DNA from: Ruditapes philippinarum
Lineage: Eukaryota
DNA length: 64,000 nt
Assembly: GCF_026571515.1 (NCBI RefSeq)
Contig: NW_026852865.1
Location: 1 to 64,000, forward strand
Direction of reading: 5' to 3'
The notes below the pieces were generated by a model that worked only from the letters and a program-made list of their open reading frames with translations, made no database searches and had not been told where the DNA came from. How positions within the stretch are numbered: the first letter of the stretch is position 1; the number at the start of each line of letters is the position of its first letter. The translations under genes were made by a program, and so were the position numbers. Of the stretch, positions 25,901-39,184 are shown one piece after another.

Positions 25901-28900
25901 AAAACATATCTAAAAATCCCCCACTTCTTTCTACTGAAATTGATTTCAGACTTTTGAATAGACTTTAAATATATCTAAAGACCCCCCACTTTATTTCACT
26001 GAAATTAATTACAGGCTTTTGAATAGACTTAAACATATCTAGAGATCCCCCACTTCATTCCACTGAAATTGATTACAGGCTTTTGAATAGGCTTAAGATA
26101 TATCTAGAGATCCTCACTTCTTTCCTTTGAAATTAATTACTTTTGAATGAGACTTTAAAAACCAAGGTTCTGTGTAAATGTTGCATGTCGTGGATTTACC
26201 AGTTGTTACCTTTTTCAATTATAGAGAGATTATATTTTCGAGGAAGATTAATCTACTGTTAGGTTTAATTACAATTGTTTGAAGTTGCTACATGCTTTGT
26301 TTTACCTTGTAATTAAAAATAGAAATGCAATGATTATGTTTATTTGTTATTTTCAGAGGAAAGCAAATCTTGATATTCAGAATGTGAACTTACAGACGGC
26401 CTTACATCTAGCCGTGGAGAGACAGCATACACAGATTGTCAGGGTATATACTTAATACTTTGTCTAGTTTTTTTCTCTGTGACTAAAAGGTATTCCCGTC
26501 TATGCTATCATATGTCAGTACTTTATATGGCTCCATGGGGTGGGGGGGATGATGGGGAAATGTAGGTTTGCGCATGTTGAGGTTTAGATTTGAGAAAGAA
26601 AAATACTTAGGTTAGCAGTCTGCAAATAAAAAGGTAAAATGTCAGTAAGAAGATTGGAAGAAAGACCACCAAAAAATCCTGGCTTATTTATTATCATTAT
26701 CAATGTATACTTGCCTTCACCTCTTCTAGGGCCAACGGCTCCAGGACATAAGATGTATGATATAATGACAAGCAAGCATATAAAAAAAAATTCTATGTCA
26801 ACCTAAATGTGCTAACTTTATATGGAGGGTCATCAGAGGTTTTCCTCCACCAGTAAAACTTGAATATCATAAATTTGACCTCATCAGTGTTGGTATGCAT
26901 TAAAACAAAATGAAAACCTAACAGTAACTGTTGAATTTTTCAAAAGTAATCAAACCCATGTTTCTGAAGGGTATTAATGTTTAAAGACTGTTAGGAAATG
27001 TTTTGCTAGGCTGTAACACAATAAATAACATTAATGAGGATTCCTGAAGCCTCACAAAATGTCATTCTGTGATTGGAATTCCTCTTAGTTTAGACTAGAG
27101 TTCCTGACTCAGAATATTTGAGAATCTTATTGTTCATTCAACGTATACCAAGGTTAGGACTGGCGACAACAAAAAATTATATGTTTGTCTGTATATTGTT
27201 TTCGCATCATTCCACCAAAATAAAAGTTTTAAAATGGATAAAATAAATAAAAAAAGTAACATAGTTACATAATGATAACTGCAGATGTATCGGCTAGTAG
27301 CCTTATCAGTGCTTAACATAAATAAAATATAATTTTTTTTTTTATCTAAAACAAGCTTACCTCCAGATTTCTATCATTCTTCACAGTTGATTTATATAGT
27401 CAATTGTATAGGAAGCTTAAAGCTGATTGATATATTATCTAATCTGTTCCTGGAACCAGCCAGTTCTGAGCAATGAGTGTAAAGTTTCTTGCTCAAAAAA
27501 GGGTATGGCTTGCCCCTGATGGGGTTTGAACCTAAGCAGAAAGTGATCCCTAGATTACTAATATGGCATTATAACTACTCAGCCATGCGGCCACTTCACT
27601 TCACAGTTGAAATATATAAATAAATTTAAAAATAAAAGATAATAAACATAGTTCATATTCATTGAAATGGACATTTCATTACACATTTTATGCAATGTAT
27701 TTTATGTTATTTTAACAGTTGCTTGTTAGAGAAGGATGTAACCTAAATGTACCAGATAAAGATGGGGACACGCCCCTACACGAGGCTTTGAGACATCACA
27801 CCCTGTCCCAGCTACGTCAGTTACAGGACATGCAGGATGTGGGCAAGGTATGTAATGGGTTTTAAAATAATGCAGCTTTTCATCGATATTGACATACATT
27901 TAAAAAGTTGATTTTTGAATTATCCTATGCAAGTTATCTTTGTTACTAGCTTATATAGTAGGCAGCAACTGTTCTACTCATGAGTCTGAAATTATGCTGA
28001 GAGGCACCTGAGGTCTTCCTCCACCAGTAAAGATAACTCACAGCAGATTGTTTCATCAAGGTTACTTCCCTTGACTAAGAGGTACTTGGAAGTCTTTTCC
28101 ACCAGTTCAGAGAGTGGCAATATGATATTTACAGTGTATAGTTTACCTTACAACTTGAAATTAAATTGAATATTGGTACATAAATAGTAGACCACTTTTT
28201 GTGAGAAAAACAGTATAGTATTAGTAATGTTCATTATTCTTAATTAAAGTAAACATATTCAAGAGTTACTGCCCTTGGTTTTAAATCTTATTTATTATAT
28301 TTTCAGCTATTGATGGGGCTTGGTACACCAGGAGCAGATAAAAAGTCGAGTGCATCTATTGCCTGTTTCCTCGCTGCCAATGGAGCTGATCTGAATATCA
28401 AAAACAAGAAGGGACAGACCCCTCTTGACCTTTGCCCTGACCCTAACCTATGTAAAGCTCTTGCCAAATGTCATAAAGAGAGATTGAGGTTTGTACTTCA
28501 TCTATGTACATGTTGTGTGTAGATAACATTAATGGAAAACAAATGTTTTTGTTTTTGTTATTTCACATAGTGGAAGGATGTTATTGTAAAATGGTTTTCA
28601 ATGAAAGAAGTTATCCTAGTGCTGTTTTAAAGAGGTAATACTTCGCTTATTTCAGAGATGTTACCTTCAGGTTATTGTTGAAGTTACTCTTGCATTAATT
28701 TGGAGAGGTAACTAAAAACTACTTGAGAGAGATATATATACATGTAGATAGATTAATGTTTAAACCCAAAATAATTATATAGAATTTATACAGACATTTA
28801 TACTGGGACTTTAAAAAAATGTCATTTTAGCGTGATTTGAGTACATAAGATCATTTTCATATTTTGTCATTAATTTGTCTGAGTATCCCTTTAAAGAAAG

Positions 28901-31900
28901 GTTGTCTTTTGGTTATAAAGAGTTGTTACTATTGGGTTATTTAAGAGAGGTTACCCTTAGATTATTTGAAATAGAGGTTGCCCATGAGTTATTTAAGACT
29001 AAAATGTGGTGACTATTTGATTATTTGAGAGTGGTTATGCTTAGTTTATTTAAGAGATGTTATACTTGTGGTATTTAAGAAAGAAGTTGAAAAAAAAGAC
29101 CATATGAAAAAAAAGATTTATCAAACAAGGCTTTTTTGTTGTTGAAAATAACCTTCAGATTAGTTCCCATAGGTTTTTTAAGGGTGGTTTCCATTTGGTT
29201 ATTTAAGAGAGGTTAAACGTGTGCAATTTAGAGAGAGGTTGAACTAAACAAAAAAGAAAAACAGTCACAAAAGATTTATCAAACTAAAAGGCTTTTTGTT
29301 GTTGTTTAAAATACTGTGTTGATTGTTTATCAGAACAGAAATAAATTTGTGGTACAGAACCCATATTAACTCAGTATTAACATATTATCCAATCTATAAC
29401 ATCTTCCTCAATTTTCATCTTCAAATTTTTACGTAAAAATTCTGGATTGAAATTATTCAAAAAATGAAGACCCTTATGGTAATTGCCTGTATTGACAAAA
29501 ATGAGAACAGCTAATGAAGTATTTTCACTGCCATCATATAGTTTCGGGTTGAACTGAAATGATCTGTTGAAAAGGGAATTATTGATTTGCATATTTCCAG
29601 CCTAATAAAATACAAATTTGCATGACACAAGTGGTATATTTATATTTTTGGAAGCAGTCTGTAGAGCTACTTTATCTTATTATGATATAAAACTGCTCAT
29701 GTTATTTATGTTTATGTCAAATATTAATATTATCTTATATGGTTTCATTTTTATGGTATCAGAAATGTATTGTATTGTTGTATTTTTCATTTGTCTGTTT
29801 TATGATAGACAAAAAGCAATCTGTCTTATTCAAGGCCTTTGAGATTGAAGTTTTAGGATTTGTGTTCATCCTTAAGATGGTATAGAGTACATCTATGTTA
29901 AACTCTGTACTGGTAGATGTTATGTACTAGTACAGAATTTAAATGCTGAAATTTCTTAACTGTGATAAGCTATTGCCATCAGTATATAGCCAGGCCAGCC
30001 TAAATGGCTGTGCAGTTTGATCAAGTTTTTTTACTGCGGGTAGCATATTTTTTAGTAATTTGATATTGAAATGACTTAAACTTTGATGGACTGTTCCAAA
30101 TTCAAAGTAAATCCATTACGCAAATTCAGCAAATTAAGAGCGAGAAGTGGACTGCCCTAACTTTGAAGCACAGATAAATTAATTGCACATGTAAAGAGCA
30201 GAAAAGATTAGTTCTTGGTAATAAAATATTGAATGAATGTTAAATATGTCCCATGTATATAAACATTTTTATAAGGTATTTAGGTATGTGTTAGACTTTC
30301 CAGGTCTTAAAATATGAACTGTTGATAATCTAGTTTACTGTAAATGTAATATATTCTAGTTGCTTGATATAGAGCAATGTTAGACAACTCAAACTGTCGG
30401 CTTTACTTCATGGTGATGGCATAGTCTTTTGTTATGGCACATTCAAAATTAATCATATTAATATTGTTACATATTTCAGTCCGGGAGGAGCATCAAATGT
30501 TGCCATTATTCGTAACGACCAGGAAGCCCTCGAGGAGTGTATGGTATGCTCCGATCTGAAGAGGGATACATTATTTGGACCATGTGGTCATATAGCAACA
30601 TGCTCCTTGTGCTCACCCAGGGTAAAGAAATGCCTTCTCTGTAAAGAGCATGTGCAATCTCGAACCAAGGTGAGAAATCAATGTCATTTTCTTAGAATTA
30701 ACGTGTAGGGAATACTTCTGGAATTTAAATTTTTCAGTCTACTGTCTATGCTTGTTTAATGTGACAGTTGTGAGGTGTCATGTCAGTAAGTGTAGGTTAT
30801 GATAATTCAGTGAAACAACACTGTAATGTTTATATTATCCTCAATATTTATTACAAGAAATCACCTCTATATTTTGAAAGAGAACTTGGGGAAGCACTAA
30901 ATTCCAGTCTACATAAAGCACTATATATTAGATGGCATTATTCTTCCTCTGCTAAGGCCTCTGTAGCTGTTTGGTTAAGGTCACCAACTTCAAATACTTG
31001 CCTCTTAACACTGTAGGTTTGAACCCCTCAAGGGACTACAGATTCTTTTATGTGAGAATATCCAGCTTCTAAAGTCTGGTGCGATTCAAACCCATAGCAG
31101 CATGGGTCAAGTGATTGGAAGTCAGCAATTCTTAACTGCTTGTTCATGGAAGTCCCCCTTGCAAAATTTGTATTGCCACTATGTTATTATGATGTTGTTA
31201 TTTGTATATTATAGATAGAAGAATGTGTGGTGTGCTCTGATAAGAAAGCGTCAGTTCTCTTCAAACCCTGTTCACATATGTGTGCATGTGATGGTAAGTA
31301 GGTGGCTCAGTTTGGTTTGCCATTTGAATTCTTTTACTTTAAAACGGAATTCAAGACTTGTAAGGTATTTTGTGTTTTGTTTGAAAGTCAAATTTTAAGT
31401 GTGCAACATGTTTTTAGGTCTGAAAAATTAATTCCAGAGAAGGTAAAATCACTTGATAGCAATGGGTGAAAATAATGAAAAAGGTGAAAATTGCTGACTC
31501 AGCTTGATTGAGTCTGTTCATGAGATATAACATAATGACTATTAACCCACAATTCCAGTCATGCAAATATATGATTTATACAGGTTTATAACCAAATTTT
31601 AAAGTTTGTAATTACATGATTTTTTTCAACATTGAAACATAGAGTGATAGAACATGATTGTAGGATATTGCCAAGACTACTCAAACATAGTTATTGTTGT
31701 AACAAGGAATCAGGATGCTATGTATGAATGTATAATTATTAAAGTGGCCATCAGTTTTTGTTTTTTTGTTTTGTTTTCTTTAAATTATGTGCTGTTTTAA
31801 ACTAAGTATTTCAGTACAATTACCAAAAAAAGTGCATCATATCATTGTTAAGCCTTCTTCAAAACAGCCTTGAGCGCTATTTATAGAACTTGGTGACATT

Positions 31901-34900
31901 TGTTTTTAAGAATATTTTGGGAAATGAATTGTCCGCTTATCTAATTAATATACAGAGAGGGGATCGGTAGGTTAGACTTATCAAGGGGTTTCCTTATTGT
32001 TTATGTATTTTATCAATGATATATTTCATTTAGCACCTCAATACAATGTACTTTGATTTGACAATTATATGAAACGATTTATGTAAATATAACATATTCA
32101 AATTTAGAAAATCTGAAAGCTGCTTTAATGTATTTGTCATGTGATTTAGCAAACAATTTCTTCTACTTCCACTACTTGGACGGTTGAGGGGGGTGGGGAG
32201 GACATATAGATTTGCCCTTGTTCATATCTTACTATCAAGCTGTCTATCTGTTGAATGACAAAAAAACCCCAAAAAACTGGAATGTGGGTGTATCCATTTT
32301 CTTTGACACATTTCTAGTTTATTTAGATTCGTGATGGTAAACTTTTATTGTAATGTATTTTAAAAATCTTATACTCTGCGTGTGAGATTCAGAAACGCTA
32401 ATATATCGACAGACAAAGACAATTTAAATATTTCCTGGTAATTACATCTTGTCTAATGATTCTATCAGACTTTCTTGTCTTTATAAATCTTGTTTCAGAC
32501 AAAATCTCTGTCAAATGTCTGTCTTTTTTTTTTCCTTTGGCAAAGAGTAATATCTTTAAAGACCATCTAAGACAATACCTTTGTTTGTTATGAGGCTGAT
32601 GGTGGTCATTTATTTTGCATAGGCGTATTTAAATCTGGTGGTCAAGTTGTAAAGGTTGTTGACTTTAAACCGCTTCCCCCTCACTGCTTTAGGTTTGAAA
32701 TCTCGCCAGGGACTTCGAATTCTTTCATGTGAAGAAAAGTATCTAAATCTTCTCATGAGAAACTACTTTGTTGCAAGTTAATATCAATATATCATATGCT
32801 GATGGCAATTGTTTTCTATCAAATATTTGGTATATACAACAAAAAAGTTGCTCTAAACAAAAGTTTATCATTTAACTGCGGTCAAAAAAGGTTTTTGTCT
32901 TTGAAACTTTAATCGTTATTTTAATTTACAAAGTTCAGCAATAAAGACCCACTTTTACCTTTTTTTTGCCTTTATGAACTCCATGTTCATGTATTCTATC
33001 TATTACTATTCAAAATGATACTTGAGACTACATCTATATAGATAATCAAATGTGATATTTTTGGCTTAAACTGATAACAAGTTGATCTTATTACACTGTA
33101 AATTCACAGCAAAAAGAAACCTACATTTTATATTTGTTGATTAACAGTAAGTTGAATATAAACATGATAGAGTGTCAAATTTACATACACACATATACAT
33201 GTATACACTATTAATAGAACTATAATTCAATTTAACAGTTGTTAAAATGCCTATTGGTATTATTGATTAAAAAGGACAAGATACAATTATCCCATTTTAG
33301 CTAGAAATACTAAGTAAAAAAAATAGCAATGAAATTTTAAGATGGCTACTGCATAGAGAAGTAAAAACATGTCAAAGGAAACTTGTTCATGATGGGTCTT
33401 TAAAGTGTCTGTTAAGAATTATGTTTAACAACACTAATTAAGAACTAATTTTCAGGTTGTGCAAGTTTAATGAAGAAGTGTGTACAGTGTAGAGCATCAA
33501 TAGACAAGCTGGTACCATTCATTGTCTGCTGTGGAGGAAATCGTAAGTACTTGTATGGAACCAGTCTGGAAATGACTGGTACCCTGCTGTTTTTGGGAAT
33601 GACTTGTACTCTTTTGTTATGGGAAATGACTGGTACCCCTGACTTGTACCACTTTTGGACACATTTCAAATTTATCACAAATTGATTGACAGAAATAAAT
33701 TTTAATCAAGGTTGACTTTAAACCACTTGCCCCTCACTGCTGTGGGTTTGAATCCCAACAGGGTCTTTGAATTCTTTCATGTTAGGAAGCTATTCAGCTA
33801 ACTTACAGGAATGTCAGTGGTTTTTAAGTCAGGTGCCTGGTTGTGCCGGAAGGGCATCTCAGATCTTCCTCAACCAGTAAAGCTGGTAAGTCACCATATG
33901 TCCTATATGAATACTGTTATGGTGCAAAGTAAAACCCAACCAAAAAACAAAAAAGAATGGGAAAAAAAAGATAATAATGATAATAAATTTTAATACTACA
34001 ATGTATTTATTCCATACTACTGCTTCAAGTGAATCTCATGGGGAAGTTGGCTTTTATTTTGGAAAAATAAGTTACTACTTTTACAGAATCAAGGACGGTT
34101 TTGTGAATAGGTTAGTACTGGAATAGAATCCAGTGGTAGTACTGAAATTTTGTTTCTTAAAGGAGCCTTGTTAGAAAGAAAACACTGTAATCAAAGCTAG
34201 TTGAAAATTATATAAAGAAAGGTTGCGATTTAGAAATAAAAAAAATATACCAAATTTTTTTATGTATTATGTAATCTTAAAATAATGGACCTTGTAGCAG
34301 GGGAATGTTTTTGTTTAATCAAACAAATAATATTTACTTTTATATGAAATAATTTATATATTCTAAATTTCTAGCCCCACCAGCTCCGCAACCTGCTGGT
34401 ATAATGAACAATGGAGCGAAGGACGTTGGAAAAGACATACAGAAACTACAACAACAACTACAAGATATTAAAGATCAGGTCAGAGACAATATTTGTAGTT
34501 AAATTTATCAATTAGTATTGTTCAGTCAATATTTTATTTTTTAAGGCAGAGATGGCAATAATAATATAGTGCTGTCGTTACTAGTATCTGTCTGCCTTTT
34601 GGGAAGTTTTTGTTTCGCCTAGTTTTATGCCCCAGTAACTAGGGTCTCCCTATACTAGTGAATGCTATGACCTTAATAGTTATTGATTTTCTTTAAAGCC
34701 CAAGCTTTTTTCTTTGTCTTAATGAACAGGTAAAATATGTTTATATTTAGTGGACACATTGAATGCCAGGTGTGGAGATAAGACTATACAACCAGTGTAT
34801 TGCCTTGCACAATCTGTCCAGGCTTTACTGTAGTCTGCTTCACTTTAGCATTTTAATATCAAAACTCTCACATACACTTATACAGTTACAAAAATAAAGC

Positions 34901-35146
34901 ACAGCAAGTTGATAATACAAATCTTAGTACGGTAAGTGTTGATGAAAAGTGTTTAAAATTGTATAAAAAGGTTTTATAATGATGACATATAAATTTTTAT
35001 TTCAGACGTGTTGTCCAGTGTGTATGGATAGACTGAAAAACATGATATTTTTGTGTGGTCACGGTACATGTCAGATGTGTGGAGATCGCATGGCAGAATG
35101 TCCCATCTGTCGAAAACAGGTTGAGAAACGTATTCTCCTGTACTGA
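19824..35146 (+). CDS. MIB1: E3 ubiquitin ligase mind bomb 1, 3' part (ankyrin repeats + 3 RING fingers); join(19824..19968,26357..26443,27719..27847,28307..28488,30480..30669,31215..31293,33456..33542,34375..34478,35006..35146); 5' exons lie upstream of the window
   Basis: Nine GT-AG exons splice in frame (1144 nt). Translation [41 protein letters not shown]...[44 protein letters not shown] closely matches the MIB1 C-terminal region as I recall it. Confidence 0.97.
19985..20660. repeat. 19-20 bp minisatellite (atg(g/t)cattgt(a/g)c(a/c)tttgg(a/g)a), roughly 30+ copies
   Basis: Starts about 15 bp after the MIB1 donor; source of ORFs 19979-20624 on both strands. Confidence 0.93.
21417..21751 (+). 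mobile_element. Full-length tRNA-derived SINE with poly(A) and 13-bp TSD
   Basis: A box tggccgagtgg, B box ggttcgatcc, central domain shared with other copies, poly(A) tail; TSD ttatccaaacttt at 21404-16 and 21752-64. Confidence 0.92.
21828..23061 (+). mobile_element. Helentron-type element with ~7 x 156-157 bp core repeats, nested in the host element
   Basis: 5' hairpin atgctccccgaaa..tttcgggggagcat, (gtcc)n, 3' subTIR tcggggagcat, hairpin ccggtt-c-aaccgg; splits host motif gattttt|gtcagag at a T run. Confidence 0.9.
24844..24986. repeat. 52-bp tandem repeat, ~2.7 copies
   Basis: ttggctttagttgatttagacagtccattgtttgtattt at 24844, 24896, 24948. Confidence 0.92.
25865..26158. repeat. 64-65 bp tandem repeat, ~4.5 copies
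   Basis: ctgaaattgatt..gacttttgaatagact..catatcta..cccccactt. Confidence 0.88.
26357..26443 (+). CDS. MIB1: MIB1 exon ([29 protein letters not shown])
   Basis: tttcag / gtatat; 87 nt, phase 0-0; ankyrin TALHLA motif. Confidence 0.95.
27719..27847 (+). CDS. MIB1: MIB1 exon ([43 protein letters not shown])
   Basis: taacag / gtatgt; 129 nt, phase 0-0. Confidence 0.95.
28307..28488 (+). CDS. MIB1: MIB1 exon ([29 protein letters not shown]...[10 protein letters not shown])
   Basis: tttcag / gtttgt; 182 nt, phase 0-2; overlaps ORF 28310..28522. Confidence 0.95.
30480..30669 (+). CDS. MIB1: MIB1 exon, RING 1 ([37 protein letters not shown])
   Basis: tttcag / gtgaga; 190 nt, phase 2-0. Confidence 0.95.
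31215..31293 (+). CDS. MIB1: MIB1 exon, RING 2 N-half ([26 protein letters not shown])
   Basis: ttatag / gtaagt; 79 nt, phase 0-1. Confidence 0.95.
33456..33542 (+). CDS. MIB1: MIB1 exon, RING 2 C-half ([28 protein letters not shown])
   Basis: tttcag / gtaagt; 87 nt, phase 1-1. Confidence 0.95.
33705..33950 (+). mobile_element. Degenerate SINE, same family; further fragments near 30956, 32636, 40530(-), 49490/49900(-)
   Basis: B-box-like gggtttgaatccc, central domain, catatg..aaacccaa tail. Confidence 0.75.
34375..34478 (+). CDS. MIB1: MIB1 exon, linker/coiled coil ([34 protein letters not shown])
   Basis: ttctag / gtcaga; 104 nt, phase 1-0; [11 protein letters not shown] motif of MIB1. 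Confidence 0.92.
35006..35146 (+). CDS. MIB1: MIB1 terminal coding exon, RING 3, stop TGA 35144-46
   Basis: tttcag acceptor; [46 protein letters not shown]. Confidence 0.96.
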   Translation, partial: TCCPVCMDRLKNMIFLCGHGTCQMCGDRMAECPICRKQVEKRILLY

Positions 35147-37752
35147 AAATAAACTTCGATCCTCAAAAATGGAAGGACTAGAAATATGGTCTTACTTGTG
35201 CTAAACTTTCGAAAAATGTGTAAAAAAAGAACATTATAGAGAAAATTTAAGGATTTTGGAATTTTTTCTTTGCGTAGAAAAAAAATTGCCAAAGAGAATT
35301 TTTGCTCTGCTTATAATATAATTATATTGAAATAATGCTATTTTAGAGAAAGAGAAAGAAAAGTTTGCATAATTCACTAGTCGGGTGCAACATCAGTCCT
35401 CTATGCGGTATAAACTATACCTTGGAAAATAATTACAGGGGTTTTTGACTTAGATTATAAAGGCCCATCTCTGCATTCTCAACTTAATGTCGCCAGAATT
35501 TGGTACCCAAACAAAACCAAGGTATATACTTAGCAATATGGGGGGAAATTGAAGGTTAAAACTTAACGCCCCTGATTAAGGGGGGGCGGGGCTAGGGGAT
35601 GGTGTTGTAATTGGCTGATGTATAACGGCTTGTATTGTGATTGGCCAGTTGGTATGAAATTGTGTATATTCTTTAGGAGTCAGTTCATTAATATGTAAAT
35701 CATATAGATAGGTATACAATGTAAAAAATAAGGATCAGAGTTCCCTGTTATATTTTCCTCTTTTTTTAATAGCTTGTTTTGTAAGTATTACATATGATAT
35801 TGTAAAATAGAAAATCAAGGAGACATGACAGTAAACTGTTGCAAGAATTTTTCTCTGTTTTTTTGTTTGTGCAATGAGTAGTTTTAGAACAGATAAAGCT
35901 TCATGTTCAACTGGATGATTTCTGTCATCTTGATTTATTTGATGAGCAGTTCTGGCTCTTTTTCTGTTGCAAATTTGCAATGCTAGAAAATAAAATAGGT
36001 TTTACAAATAAGTTATGGCAATTGTACGATTTAAGAAAGTAGAATATTAAAATTTGATAAATTGTATTTTTAGCTTTTTAGCCAGCTAAATTTGTATTTT
36101 GACTTGCTTACTTTAAATTTGAAGTAGTCATTTGTTGATATAAGGGATTTCAATTCTGAAAATGGTTCTGTAAGTTTATATAGCATTTATTTTACTTTGG
36201 TTGTGTAGGAAGCTTTAAGCTTATAGACATATTCTTTAATCTGTTCCTGGAACCAACAAGTACTGAGCAATGAGTGTAAAGTTTCTTGCTTAAAGACACA
36301 ATGGCTTACCCCCTGACAGGGACCCAGAATCCTTAAATTACATGTCTGACATGTTTACCACTTTATCATGCTGTCACTTAAAAGGTACTTTTAAGCAGCC
36401 ATTTAAGTTAAGGGCATCAAAGCAAAAACGTATATATAAAAAGTTATGTCACCGTTTCTCAACAGAAAATGTATATTTCCTTGGCATATTGTACAAAGAC
36501 GTGACTGTTTAACTGACCCTAATATTGTCTGATACGCATTTATTATGGCAAAGATACAAAAAAACTCTGTCACAAAAGACATTCAATAGTGTTGTGTATT
36601 TTATCATAAAAAGGAGAGAAAATGACTGTATAAAATGACTGTTTCACAGAAAATTGGTTATTTCCATTTTGTGCTTGAAATGTTACATAGAGGGACACAG
36701 GAGGTCTTCCTCTGCCATTCACGTTGGAAAATCCCAAGACGACCTTGTTAGTGTTAATGAGATCTGAAACTGAGCATTTTCTTTTAAACGTGACCTAGAT
36801 TTATGTAAAACAAGTTATTTTAATTTTCTGTTATATAAGTTGTTTTTTTGTGATAAAGAAGAAAACCTATTGTACCAAATGTTATAGCGAGGCTGAGGTG
36901 TATATAAATATATATAGAATGCTTTCCTATCACTTAATATTGTCAAGGTTTGTGCTGTTCTTTTTTTTAAATCTAATCATTAACAACACAAAATTTGAGT
37001 ATTAATTTCATTTCAAATTTATTTAATGCATGTAAAAAAAATGATAATGTTAAGCTTAAACATATTGTAAGGAATGATTTCAATGACAAATGATTTGAAT
37101 TTTTGTTTGCTTCACAGATTCATATCAACATAATATTTTGCCTTGTTTGGTTGACATTTGATCAATTCATAAATATATGAACATGTCTGTTTTGTTATGT
37201 AAACTATTAAACCAAGTGTTAAAATGTATAACTTGTGAATGAATTTTGAGGCCCAACCTACAGAATATGTTCCAAAAAGTAAATCTTGATAATGGTTTGT
37301 AGATTTAAATTTAAACCATTATAGCTTGTATACATGTATTAGTATTAATTAAGATAAAAAGGTATAATAGTTCTTATAGCAACAGGTCTCCAGAGTCATG
37401 CTAATTTTAATGAAAATTTTGAAAATGTATTTCAAAGTATTATATTGTAAGATGAACAAAGAGTGTAATTTACACATTGCAATCAGCACTTATAATCCAC
37501 GTAAATTACACACAAAAAAAGAGGTCAAAATATGCAAAAATAGCTCTTACTGCATTAGTCATGAAGTAGAAATGTGATGATAAATACTACAATATCTGTC
37601 ATTTATTGCATATAACGTGTAAATTATTTCTTGAATTGTGAACATTTTTATTAGTTTTGTTAAAATCTTAGTACCATTCCTCAAGGTTGGTTTTCTTGAA
37701 ATATTTTTGCTCTTTGAGGCATGCAGCTTAAATGGCATACAATTTTTGTTTA

Positions 37753-39184
37753 TTAGCTCAACTATTCGAAGAATATGAGAGCTATTGTAGTCGCCCCGGA
37801 GTCCGCGTCGGCGTCTGAGTTGGTTAAAGTTTTTTGTAAAGTCAAATATCTCAATTATTACTTGAGATATTCAATTGAAACTTACAATACTTATTTATAG
37901 TAACAAGGTACATCAGATTGACAAGTTGGATAACTCTGCCTACAATATTGACAGAATTATGCCCCTTTTTAACTCAGAAATTTTGGTTAAAGTTTTTTGT
38001 AAAGTCAAATATCTCAATTATTGCTTGAGATATTCAATTGAAACTTACAATACTTATTTATAGTAACAAGGTTCATCAGATTGACAAGTTGGATAACTCT
38101 GCCTACAATATTGACAGAATTATGCCCCTTTTTAACTTAGAAATTTTGGTTAAAGTTTTTTGTAAAGTCAAATATCTCAATTATTGCTTGAGATATTCAA
38201 TTGAAACTTACAATACTTATTTATAGTAACAAGGTTCATCAGATTGACAAGTTGGATAACTCTGCCTACAATATTGACAGAATTATGCCCCTTTTTAACT
38301 TAGAAATTTTGGTTAAAGTTTTTTGTAAAGTCAAATATCTCAATTATTGCTTGAGATATTCAATTGAAATTTAAAATACTTTTTTATAGTAACAATGTAC
38401 ATCAGTTTGCAAAATTGCATAACTCTGCCTGCAATATTTGCAGAATTATTTGCCCCTTTGAAACTTAGAAATTTTGGTTACAATTTAAAAGTCTTCAAAG
38501 ATATTTACTTGAAACTTTACACATGCACTTAGGGTCATAATTTGAGGGTCATAATTGTATGTCACTGACCAAGTTTCATAACTCTATCTTGCATTAAGGC
38601 TGATTCATATCCCCTTTTTCTACTTAGTCTCTTGGTTAATGTTAACATGCAAGTTTTACATATCTCAATAACTATTAAAGGTATTTATTTAAAACTTCAC
38701 ATATGCATTTAGGGTCATAATTGTAGGTCACTGACAAAGATTCATAATTCTATCTTGCATTTAGGCTGATTTTTCTCCCCTTTTTCAACTTAGAAATTCA
38801 TGGTAAAGTTTTGCTTGTAAGCTGTTATCTCAATAACTACTGAAGGGTTTGTGCCTTTTTTGGGACAATTTTATGCATTCATAATAATAAAGCAGTGATT
38901 TACTTGATAAAACATCTTAATAACAAGCCTTTGTACCTCTTCTGTCAAATTTATGTATTCATAGGTAATTAGTATTATTACACTAAATAAAACACCCTTG
39001 TGACATTACCTTCCAAATAGTCAAGCCAATACTGTATAATAAGAGTCTCTCTAGGGCCTATAACATGAATTTATAAAAAAAAATTAGCCCTTTTGTGAAC
39101 TTAAAAAATTTAACATTATCAAGGCTCTTTTACTATCAAGCACTTAGAATAGTCGAGCATGCTGTCCTACCGACAGCTCTTGTT
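37753..39184 (+). mobile_element. Same Helentron-type element, copy 2 (downstream of MIB1 stop)
   Basis: Near-identical to 10295-11731 over its full length; ORFs 37875 and 38038 are offset by exactly 163 bp. Confidence 0.88.

Noticed and set aside
37875-38226. Repeated 62-aa ORF MKLTILIYSNK... (also at 10423)
   Set aside because: Artefact of the 163-bp tandem core of a non-autonomous element; TTG starts, no domain.
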